A stretch of DNA of 64,000 nt, taken from positions 4,464,001 through 4,528,000 of the forward strand of contig JANHCV010000001.1 in NCBI GenBank assembly GCA_025594325.1. Direction: 5' to 3'. Below, in pieces: positions 11,273 through 21,744 of the stretch. The notes under the pieces are model-generated. The model had not been told where the DNA came from and did no database searches. It was given only the letters and a program-made list of their open reading frames with translations. The stretch is from Blastocladiella emersonii ATCC 22665 (Eukaryota; Fungi; Blastocladiomycota). The position numbers were made by a program, and so were the translations under genes. Numbering within the stretch: the first letter of the stretch is position 1; every line of letters begins with the position of its first letter.

Positions 11273-13405
11273 ATGACCGCCGAGCACCGCCTCGCCGCCG
11301 CCCTCGAGGTCATTGACGAGATGCGCGCCGAGCGCGCCCGCGCCATCTCGGCGCTCAAGCTCGCCGAGGAACAGCTGAGCATCATGGCCGACGAGCGCGA
11401 CTCGATCGAGGCCGCCCACGCCGACACCGTGCGCAAGTGGCAGCGCGAGCTCGCCACGAAATGCATCGAGATGGAGGAGATCGCCAAGCGTGTCCCGACC
11501 TCGTCCGACCTGCAAAAGCTCCGCGCGTCGCTCGTCGAGGAGGTCCACGCCGAGGTCCGCTCCGAGATGGCGCGGATCAAGGACGAAGCCGAGCGCGCGA
11601 GCGCTACCGCGGCGAAGCTCCGCGAGGAGAACCTCGCGCTCGTCACGGACGCGGCGGCCAAGGCGCGTGTGCTCGAGGTGGAGCGCGAAAAGGAGCGCGT
11701 CGAGGCCATGACCAAGATCCGCGACCTCGAGTACCAGCTCGACCAGGCGCGTGCCGCGCTCGCGGTCAAGGGCGATACGGTGTCGCCGACGGCGACCAAG
11801 CTACAGACCCAGGTCGCTGAGCTTGAGCTTAAGATGACGCACCTGCTCGCCGAGAACGAAGATCTCCGGTACGTCCACTTGACCCGCACATGCTCGCACC
11901 CTGCTGACCGCCCACCCACGTGTAGCACCGCGAAAGCCGAGCTCGGCGCACAGCTCGACGCCGAGAAGCGCAACCACAGCCGCCAGCAGCTCGAGTACAA
12001 GTCGGCGCTCGAGTCGATGAAGGTGGACCGCGACCTGGTCACGGCCAAGCTGACGCGCGCGCACGAGGAGCAGCAGGTGCTCATCAACAAGTCGCACGAG
12101 CACGCCACCCACCTCGCCAGCGTGCAGGTCGAGCTCGCTGCCGCGCGCCGCGCCCTCGACGACAAGTCGCACCAGCACGCCGCCACCGTCTTCTCGCTCC
12201 AGTCCGAGCACGCCCAGGACCGCGTCAAGTGGGAGCGCGCCCACCGCGAGATCGAGGCGAGACGTGACGCGGCCGCCGCGGAGCTCGAGCTCGCAAACAA
12301 GACGCTCGAGGAGATGCGCACCGAGGCCCGGGTCCTCGAAGCGCGCGCGGCTGAGGCGGCGAGGGCGGCGCCGTTGCCTGAGCATCTCGAGGAGCTGCGG
12401 CATCTCCGCCAGCAGAACGCCGAGGTACGTCCCCAAGAGCTTGCTTACCGCGACCCTAGTTCACCGTCGTACCCCATCTCCAGCTCAAGTCGCAGCTGGG
12501 CTCGCTGCAGGGCCAGCTCGACGAGCAGCGCACGCACTTCCTGGCCGAAAAGGAGTCACTGCTGCACAAGCTCAACGGGCTCAAGGCCACGGTGGACGAG
12601 CTGCAGCACGATCTCGACGACACCAAGCGGCAGGCGAGCGACACCGAGGCCACACTCGCCCGGACGCGCGAGGTCGAGGCGGCGCTCCGCGAGGAGGCGA
12701 AGCGGACGCGCGCACAGCTCGACACGACCATGGACGAGCTAACGGCGCTGCGCGAGGCCGAGGCGTGGAACCGGTACGCGGTTGCCCGGCTGGCGGGGTG
12801 TCCCGTCATAGCTGATTTGTTTTGTGTGTAGTCCGCAACACGAAGAGGACGTCAAGCGGCTCGACGAGCTGCGGCACCAGGTGGCCGAGCTCAAGTCGAC
12901 GCTCAAGAACGAGCGCGACGAGGCGCTTGCGTCGATGCAGGACGCCAAGGTACGTCCTGGTCCACGCCCTCGTCCCGATCAGCTGGTGACTATGCGCACG
13001 CGTATCGTAGGCCGTGTGGCTCCAGTCGCAGCAGTCCCTGACGACCCAGCTCAACACGATCACGGCCGAGCACACACAGCTCAAGGACGCCTACTCCAAG
13101 GTACAACTCCTTGTAAACGACAATGCGTCCGTCTCCTCACCGTGACCGATCTTGTTTAGCTGAAGGCGACGGCGCAGGGCAAGCTGAGCCAGTACAAGTC
13201 AGCGGTGGCCGAGCTCGAGACCAAGCTGCACGCGTGCGAGGCGCGGTGCGCGCAACTCAGCGGCGAGCTCGCGGGGAAGCGCGAGCGCGAGGCCAGCTCG
13301 CGGCGGGAAACGTCCAAGCACCGCAAGGAGTTTCTCGACTTTCTGCGCCGCGAGATGTCGACGGGTGCGGCCGACGTGCGGCCACCGGCCGAGGGCGGCG
13401 TGTAG
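11273..13405 (+). CDS. CEP83: Centriole distal-appendage coiled-coil protein CEP83/CCDC41 (multi-intron)
   Basis: RELATKCIEMEEIAKRVPTSSDLQKLRASLVEEV..KLREENLAL matches my recollection of CEP83 (ELVEKTKDLEEMK..TPQKLELLRAQIQQEL..KLRYEHTFL), and VLINKSH matches FLINKLH. The protein is coiled coil throughout. Confidence 0.75.
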
Positions 13406-13647
13406 CCGTTGGGTGGACGGGATTAATAGACGCGAGCTAAAAGAAAGTGTCTCCCGCGGACGCGCCCTGAAACGTGCGAGACGCGTCGGGCTGCAGTTCC
13501 CACGCGTCGGTCATGTGAGCGCCTCCGCTCGCGATCCGTTTCCTGCGCGACGCGTCTCCTCCGCCTTCTCCCTCTCCTGCCGGCCAGAGAGTGCATGGGC
13601 TCGCCCTGCAACACACCACGCACCGAACCACACGCACGCACCATCCA

Positions 13648-16466
13648 TGACGTCCGCGACCGGCGCCGCGGCCCACTCGGCCATCCGGCGCACCGTGTCG
13701 TCGCACACGTCGCTCGCGGCGCGCTCGAGCGGGCTGTTTGACGGCGACGACGACCCACGCCCGCGCCACTCGTCCGAGACGCTGCACGCGCAGCTCCCGC
13801 CGCGGTCCGTGCGCCGCACCCGCTACACGAGCGGCGACACCACCGTGCTCGGCGGCAACTACGACGCGCTCGGCCGCGCCGACGACAACGCCGGCAGCGC
13901 GTGGGACCTCGCCGCGCTGATCCGGCTCGGCCGCGAGCAGTTTGACCTGATCCTCGGAATCACCGCGTCGCTGCTGTGGACCGTGACCACGTTCGCGCTC
14001 CTCAACACGGCCTCGGGGCTCGCCATTGGCCCGCTGCCCTCGGCGCTCGCCGTCGGCCACGCGTCGGCCCATGTTCTTGCGATCCTCGCGTGGCAGCTGT
14101 ACAATCACCGGTTCCTCGTGGCCAGCCGCCGCCGCCGCGGGCTCGCTGAGCCGCTCGCCCCGGCGCCCATCAAGGAGCTCGACGAGGATGAGGAGGATGA
14201 GGACTCGCCGGCCGAGAAGCGCCGCGACAAGGAGCCGCTCCTCCCGACATTCAACGTGTCCTCGTCGTCGTCATCGCGCAGCCGGTCCGATCTGCCCACG
14301 GCCACTACGCTCGAGGCGCGGCTCACGCAGCTCGTGCGCCAGGCCGGCCAGGTCTACGCGGTCCCGGTCTGCGTGCACGGCGTGCTCAAGGGCGGCGCGC
14401 TGCTCGCCACCGTGTGGTCGCTCGGACAGGGACAGATCCTGTGGTATGCGTTCGGCAAGGTGCGCGCTCACCCCCTGCTCCGATGCGTGTTGGAAAATGA
14501 TGCTGACGATTGATCCAACCAGATCGCCTTCACCGGGATCCAGCTCCTGACGGGCCCGCTCGCCACGGTTGCGCTCGCGACCATTGCCCTCCTGATCCAC
14601 TCGACAGCATCCGACAGCCTGCTGCGGCCCATCATGTGGGTCATGGCGAGCCTGCTGATGCAGCGGCTCGACCAGGTCCTCGCCGTTGTCCTCCCCGCTC
14701 CCTCGACCTCGCGCGCCTCGGCCGGCATCTCGGAACAGCAGCGGACCCGCGCCATTGCCGGGATCGCCCTCGGCACGACGCTCGCTGCGCCGTGGTGGAC
14801 CGGCGAGCTCGCTTCGCTCCGCGCCCCGCCGCTCCTGTGGCAGCTGCTCGCGCAGTGGGACGTGCTTGCGCTCAACCTCGCGGCCGCCGCGCTCATGGCC
14901 GTCACCACACACTCGCCCGTCGTGACGCGCGTCCGGCTCCCGTTCCGGTGCGTCGGCCAGCTCGCGCACGACGTGGCCGCGGTTCTCGGTACCATGGCGC
15001 TGCTGTCGACGACGGGCACGGCCGCGGAGCCGTCCGGCGACGAGACCGCGTCGCCGTGGGGCATGCTGTACGCGACCATGGTCATGCAGGTGGCCATGTT
15101 CATCCGCATGTTCCTGTGGAAGCCGCACTCGGTGCACATGGCGTCGATCCACCCGGCCACGGCCGGCGCCGCGTGGTGGATCTCCGGGTCGCTCGCCATG
15201 CGCCAGCGCCAGTGGCGACTCCGGTGCGTCGTGGCCGCGCTCGCCGCGACCGCCGCCGTCGTGTTCCGCATCGCCCTGCTCGGCGCCACCGACCGCGCGC
15301 ATCTCGGCGCTGGTAAGCTCGCCGACCCCGCCACGCAGCACGCGGTCCTGATGCCGATGCACGAGCCGTGGGTGAGCATGCACCGCGGCGCGAGCTGGGT
15401 GCTCCCTGTCGCCGAAACCACGGCCCCGGCGGCGGATGAGAAGCAGCAGGTAGACGCGGACGATGTGATCCTCGGCGTCATGGCGCCGTCGGTCGCGTCG
15501 GTCCCCGAGGGCCTCGCGATCGCGGGCCTGTGGACGTCGGCTTCCGGCGACTCGAGCACCGCCACCGCCACCACCAAGTCGCCCGACTGGCACCTGTACA
15601 CGTCGAACCAGGCGACGCTCAACGCGGTCAAGGAGGCGGGCCAGCGCGCGCGCATCCCGGGTCTCTCGCACATGGCGCTCGCCCCCTCGCCCGCGTCCGC
15701 GCTCAAGCAGATGCTCGACGACCGGCATAGCGGACACGGGCCGACCGCCAGCGGCGGCGGGCCGCGGTGGCTCGTGCTCGGCAGCGTGCACGACGTGTGG
15801 ATCCTGCCGACCCTGTACAAGCGCCTGTCGCAGCTCGCGCCTGACCGCGAGTGGTGGCTCGAGGCGGCGCCCGCACCCGCGTCGGCAGCGGACAAGAAAG
15901 GCGACGCGCCCGTCACGATCCTCTCGCGCAACCTCGCCGCACGCGTGCGGTTCCAGTGCAAGGACACGACCGAGTCTTTGGGCGTGTGTCTCGCGACGCG
16001 GCTCAACGCCACCCGCACGCTCCTCCCGACGGGGACTGCGCCCGACGCCGTCGCGTTCCGCGCGCCCGACGTCGCGCCCGTCCCGCTCGCGCTCGCGTTC
16101 CGCGTCGCGACCAAGCTCGGGCTCGCGGCCGCCGCGGCACGCGTCGACAGCGCGTGGGCGAGGGCGTGGACGTGGCCCGTGCCCGGGCACGCCGGGTGGT
16201 CGCTCGAGGTGACGCACGGTGTCCGCGCGCAGCTCGTCGGGCCTGCGAGTTCTCGGCCCGCTATCGCGTCGACGGCCGCGGACGCGGCAGCGCGGTACCG
16301 CCTCGCGGCGATCCTGCCGAACGGCGCGCTCGAGTACGCGCTCGACCCCGCGCCCGCGACAGCCGTCCCCGCCGGCTCGCCGCCCGTCTGGCCGCCGCAC
16401 CGGATCGTCGTCGACTGCTCGGCGGCGAGCGGGGTGCGCGGGTCGACCGTGTGCGTCGCGCCGTGA
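13648..16466 (+). CDS. Fusion: SLC35/TPT-like nucleotide-sugar-transporter membrane domain + type II anchor + Fringe/DUF604 (GT31)-like domain (1 intron)
   Basis: N-terminal ~10 TM with TPT-like W......LN....P..L..GH and THSPVVTRV. C-terminal VILGVMA, RWLVLGSVHDVW.LPTLYKRLSQLAPD, TILSRNL...QC....LGVCLA and WSLEVTHG follow the GT31/DUF604 motif order. Confidence 0.6.
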
Positions 16467-16512
16467 GCTGCGCGAAGGCGCGAGTTTTGTTGATCACATC
16501 TTTCACACTTCT

Positions 16513-16542
16513 CACATCACATCACATCACATCACATCACAT
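16513..16542 (+). repeat. (CACAT)n pentanucleotide microsatellite
   Basis: cacatcacatcacatcacatcacatcacat, downstream of the 16466 stop. Confidence 0.9.
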
Positions 16543-16808
16543 CGCCGAAAATGGAATCGAGTATCTGCGTCTGGAGGGGGTCATGCGGGCCATGCGCGGC
16601 ATGCATGGTCGGTTGGCGGGGTGGCGTCGCGGAGAGCGGGACGCGAGACGCGTCGGTGATGTCGGCGATCGCCACGTGACGGTCGCGCCGGGGCTTGCCG
16701 AAGCTTCAAGACGCGTGTTAGCGCCGCCGATAAAAGCGCAGCGCGCCCACGTATCCTCGCTCTCCCCAACTGCCCTTGTAGCAACGTTATCAACCACCTA
16801 ATCCAAAA

Positions 16809-17635
16809 ATGACCCGCAAGTTCTTCGTCGGCGGTACGATCGGCCTGCGACCGCCCTCCGTCTGCCAGTGGGAGCACGCACCAACAACCCGCCGTCGCCG
16901 CGTCTAGGCAACTGGAAGCTCAACGGCTCGACCAAGTTCAACGGCGAGCTGGTGCAGGTGCTCAACGACTCGAACATCCCCGCCGAGAAGGTGGAGGTCG
17001 TTGTGGCCCCGCCGGCCGTGTACCTGGCGCAGATCCGCGCGGCGCTGTCGGACTCGATTGCCGTGTCGGCGCAGAACTGCTACCACGAGCTGTCGGGCGC
17101 CTTCACGGGCGAGCTCAGCCCCGCCATGCTCAAGGACATTGGCGTCGCGTGGACGCTGCAGGGCCACAGCGAGCGCCGCGAGTACTTCAAGGAGTCGTCC
17201 GAGTTTGTCGCCAAGAAGACGCTGTTCGCGATCCAGCACGGCATCAAGGTGATCGCGTGCATCGGCGAGAAGCTCGAGGAGCGCGAGGCCGGCACCACCT
17301 TCGACGTGGTCTCGGCACAGCTCGCGCCCCTCGCCGCGGCGCTGTCCGAGGCCCAGTGGGCCGACGTGGTGCTCGCCTACGAGCCCGTCTGGGCCATTGG
17401 CACCGGCAAGGTGGCCACGCCCGACCAGGCCCAGGACGTGCACGCGTACATCCGCAAGTGGCTCGCCGACAACGTGTCGCCCGCGGTCGCCGACCACACC
17501 CGCATCATCTACGGCGGCTCGGTCAACGCCAAGAACTGCGCCGACCTCGCCACTCGCGCCGATATCGACGGGTTCCTCGTCGGCGGCGCCTCGCTCAAGC
17601 CCGAGTTTGTCAACATCTGCTCGGCCCGCCTTTAA
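16809..17635 (+). CDS. TPI1: Triosephosphate isomerase (1 intron)
   Basis: MTRKFFVGG|NWKLNG, GAFTGE, GHSERR, AYEPVWAIGTG, IIYGGSV, DGFLVGGASLKP. Confidence 0.98.
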
Positions 17636-17730
17636 GTCGCTCGTTTGTGGGATGCGTGCGCGAGTGTACATTTCAGATACAGCGTTTGATTCATATGAGC
17701 AACTAGAGCAACGGATCAGGTCGCGACCGC

Positions 17731-18575
17731 TTACGCGTCGACGGGGAACGGCGCGACGCCCATCCACGCCGGATCAAACTCCTCCATGGACTCGATCACG
17801 ACCCAGCACTTGGCCTCGAGCTCGGCGTCGCGCGGCAGCCGGGAGTCGCGCACCCAGACCACGGGCATGCCGGCGTTGATGCCGGCCAGGACGCCCGACG
17901 GCGCGTCCTCGAACACGATCGCCGTGGCGCGCTCGTGGTCGGCGCGGCCGAGCTGCGCGTGGCCCGCGAGGAAGAGGTCGGGCGCGGGCTTGCCGCGCTT
18001 GATGGCCGCGTCGTCGCCCGTCGTCACGTTGCCGTCGAACAGCGTGAACAGGTGCTGGTTGTTCTTGGTCTTGATCTCGAACGGCGCGCGGTGCGACGAC
18101 GTCGCCACGGCGATCGGCACGCCCTGCGCGCGGAGGTGCCTCACCAGGCGCACCACGCCGGGAAGGGGGACGCACTTTGGGAACAGCGACGCGTGCAGCG
18201 CGTGGCGCTCCACGAGGTACTCTTGTGCCGTCATTGGGATCCCCGTCTCCTTGATGAACAGCTCGGCCGCGTCTATCGGAAGCGGGTTAGCGCTGGCTGT
18301 CGGAGGGTCTCTTGAACAGTGAGTGCAGGCGTACCGTCCTCGCGCAGACCCATCATGCGCGCCTTGAGGCTCCAGTCGTACGTCTTGCCGTAGCGCTCGA
18401 GCACGATGAGCGACGCCTCGGTGTAGATGTCCTCCGTGTTCTATACATCCATCTCCATCAGACTGTGCTCGGTTGGGCTCAGGGACCGCTGGGGGGAACG
18501 GACCAGCAGCAGGCCGTCCATGTCGAACAGGCAGTGCGTCGCGGCAATGGGGCGCTCGGGAGCCTTGATGATCAT
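17731..18575 (-). CDS. HDHD1: HAD-family hydrolase, pseudouridine-5'-phosphatase (HDHD1/PUDP)-like (2 introns)
   Basis: CLFDMDGLLL|NTEDIYT, YGKTYDWSLKARMMG, AVATSS, GKPAPDLFL, IVFEDAPSGV.AGINAGM. Confidence 0.88.
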
Positions 18576-18736
18576 GGTTGCGATAGGTCTACGTTGCAAT
18601 TTCGGGGGAAACCTGAGGTTTGTCGGGAGGAGCGGCGGTGGAGGACATCAACAGCGGGAGGGCCGGTTGGTCGTGGCTGACTCGGCAGAACGCCGTGCTC
18701 CTCCCGCTCGCTCCACTCTGCGAAACGACACAGCTC

Positions 18737-20510
18737 ATGTACAAACGAATGGAATCAAACCCGATGCAGCAGCTGGAAGCCCTCCTGTTCCCAACCCCGC
18801 CCATGACCGTGGCGGCGCTCGAGTCGGACCTGGATCTGCAGTTCCGCATCACTGCGGCTCTCGCGCGGCCCATGTCGGCCGCGGCGTGGAAGCCCTTTCT
18901 GGAGCGCGTCATGGCGTGGGATTTGCGGGTACGCACTCGCTCCTGCGAGATCCGCTCCGAACGACGCTGACGCGGCGGCAGTAGGGCCCGTGCTTCTCGC
19001 TGCTCGCCATGGACTGGCTGCAGTTCCTCGTCCATTCCGCGTACCACGGCATCGAGAACGAGACCGCTGTTGTCGAGAGCGCGAGCTGGACGCCCGAGGA
19101 GCAGCTCGTCCTCACTACGGTGACGACCATGGTCGACGCGGACGGCGCAAGCCCGCGCGAGCTGCTTCTCGCGCTTAACCAGCTCTTCGCCGACGTGAAC
19201 AAGGTGCTCGATCGCGAGGACGAGGAGGACGTGTACAGCGAGGACGGCAGCGACGACGAAGGCCTCGGCGAGAGCAAACTCGACGTGTCGGTCATCTCGC
19301 GGCCGGTCGCGGTGCGGCAGCTGTACCTGCTTTACGCGGTCGGTCTTCAGCGTACGTTGCCCTCTGAAAACGCGATCCCAAGCCGGTTTGATGACCGAGT
19401 CTCCCTTGTAGTTGTTGCTGCCGTGCGCGCATCCAAGGCTCTCGAGCGGCACGTCGACGACCTGCTCGCGCAGTGGCGGCGCACGCAGCACCACTTGACC
19501 GACGTGCACGGGCCGGCGCGGCTTCTCGATGTCGTTGCGCAGCGCTGGGACGCGCTGACTGGCGAACGCACCAAGTGGCTCACGGCCGCCGTCGCGGGCT
19601 TCTCAATCGGCTTGCTTCCTGCTGCCGCAACGAGCGCGGTCGATCCTCTTCTCGCCCAGGCGTGGACAATTGACGAGCTCTTGTCGTCGGTCCTGCACTC
19701 GGATCACATCCTCTATGCCCGCTTGGCTTGCCGCGAGCTCGAGTCGTCAAGCGACCCGGCCGCGTTCGCGAGCGAGCATCTCGCTGACGTCCTCGATGTC
19801 GTTGCGCATCTCTACCAGTATGTCAGTTCCGCCTTCTTGCCGTGCCGTATCCGGCTGACCCTCGCGTCTCTAGATCGCCAATCTCGACGCACTGGGCCCA
19901 CGCAACCGCGCTGCTCACCGCGACCGTCCGCGCCCTCCCCGCGCGCTCCCTGGCCAGCACGCCCGCGCACCACGCCGTCATGGACTTTCTCGGCACCACG
20001 TGGTCCCCGTTTCTCGCCGCCGTGTGCGCCGATGCGACCCTGCGCCGCGACGCGTGGGACGCCGGGTCCGCGCTCATGACACGTCTCCCGCCCAACGTCG
20101 AGGCCGACGTCGTCGCGTCCATGGTCCACACGGCGCCGTACCCGAACCTCGTCGCGACGTTCATCTCGCGGATCCTCCAGGTCCGCATCGGCAGCGAGGC
20201 ACCCGGGTTCCACGCGGCGTTCATCGGGACCGCGCTCGTGCCGACCATGGCGCGCGACGTGCAGCGGCTCGTTGACGCGGCGGGTCGCGACGAAAGCGAC
20301 GAGGGGGGGCCGGATCCCGACGGCGCGCTGCGGGTGGCGGTCGCGTGGCTGCATCTCGCGTTCCTCGCGGTCCAGGTCGTCAAGGACAGCAAGAAGTCGC
20401 TCGCGGCCGCGATCCGCGAGCAGGTCGTCGGCCCGCTGCGCCGCGTCCAGGACCAGCTCCCGCCGCTCGTCCACTTTGCGCTCGACGAGATTGAGCGGGT
20501 GAGTCGCTGA
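18737..20510 (+). CDS. Alpha-helical protein, possibly Ybp1/glomulin(GLMN)/ALF4 family (multi-intron)
   Basis: Several GTACG/GTCAG..TAG introns. SPRELLLALNQL resembles glomulin NPKELLLGL; C-terminal LHLAFL..VKD..EQVVGPLRR resembles the GLMN C-terminus. Weak, motif-level match. Confidence 0.4.
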
Positions 20511-21744
20511 GTAATACAATTCCGCTATCAGCGATATGCTTTAACACGCCTGTATGACGAGTTGGAGGAACTTGCGCGTGTATCGTTGACAGGATTCGCA
20601 TACATGCCATGGCCGCCAAGAAATTCGCGCCTCTCGCAGTTCAAGTTGGCATGTCGACGCGGAAAACACGGTGGCAGCCCAGCAACGAGCGGTGATGGCC
20701 ACGGCCGCGACGAGGACCGCATCTGCACCGCGTTGCAGAGACGGCTTTGACGCAACCGTACCCAAGCTGCTCGTAGGCTTGTTGCACAGGATCCCGATCT
20801 GTTCACGGTCGTGCGGCACTACCATCGTGTGCCGGTCGCAGAGCTCAGCGGCTATCGTAAGAGTCCACAACGAGTCGTGGCCGTTGATCATAATCTGCGC
20901 GCGAACTCCTCCGCGGCGTTTCACAACGCGACATGGTCATTCACCATCATGTTGGCTCAGAAACATGCTGCACCGCGAGCAAACAGCGAAGTGGGAACCG
21001 CGACTGCGACGAGACACGGCCATCACGGTGGCCATCAAGCTGGCCATACCAGTTTTCGCGCGAATGCTTGCCACGCGCAAGCTGCCGGCCATGGCGACGA
21101 TGGCCAAGTCAGCCCGCCATGTCTTCGCAAGCAAACGGCAAGCAGAAGGTCACGGTGCACGGTGGCCAGACGCAGCGACGCGTCGACGACTGGCGCGCTG
21201 CGCCCCACCGCGCCGAGCAGCGTGGCCTGGGCGCGTGTCGCTGCGCCGCATGATGGAGGATCGTGGCCCCGCTGCCATGACGTGCGCCCAGCGATGGCCG
21301 CGGGAAAATTTCAGAGTCAGTCGTTACCTGGCGCTGCTGGTCGCCACTGCGCCCAAGGACTCTGTATTTCACAAACATTCAAACCACATGACAATCAAGG
21401 ACTCTGACGCGAAGCGCGTGCCAAGAAGACGACGTTTCAGGCTGTTCCGTTTACGTCGCCGCCCCCTGGCCATCGCCAAGCCCCGCGACGTCCAGGGCGC
21501 CGGGGCCATCTGGTGCTACAAGATTCTATGTGCGGGTCCAGCGTTCAAAAGGTCGCGTCTCCCACTTGTTTACCTTCCGGCCACTCGAACAAGTCGCGTC
21601 GTGCGCCACCACCGCCTCGAACGCCCGCCTGCCTGCCCAGCTGCCCCCGTCTCCCGGCTGCTTCCACTTCCCGCGCGCTCTCCACTCTCGCCCCCGCTCC
21701 TCCTCTCCTCGCCACCCCGCTCCGATCTATACCTAGACGCGCGC

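Noticed and set aside
14271-16400. 709-aa and 548-aa minus-strand ORFs
   Set aside because: Antisense to the transporter-GT fusion; Arg/Gly/Ala-rich with no motifs.
16513-16542. Short tandem repeats ((CACAT)n, (CATT)n, (GGCT)n) as a CRISPR-like array
   Set aside because: Simple microsatellites without spacers, in a eukaryotic context.
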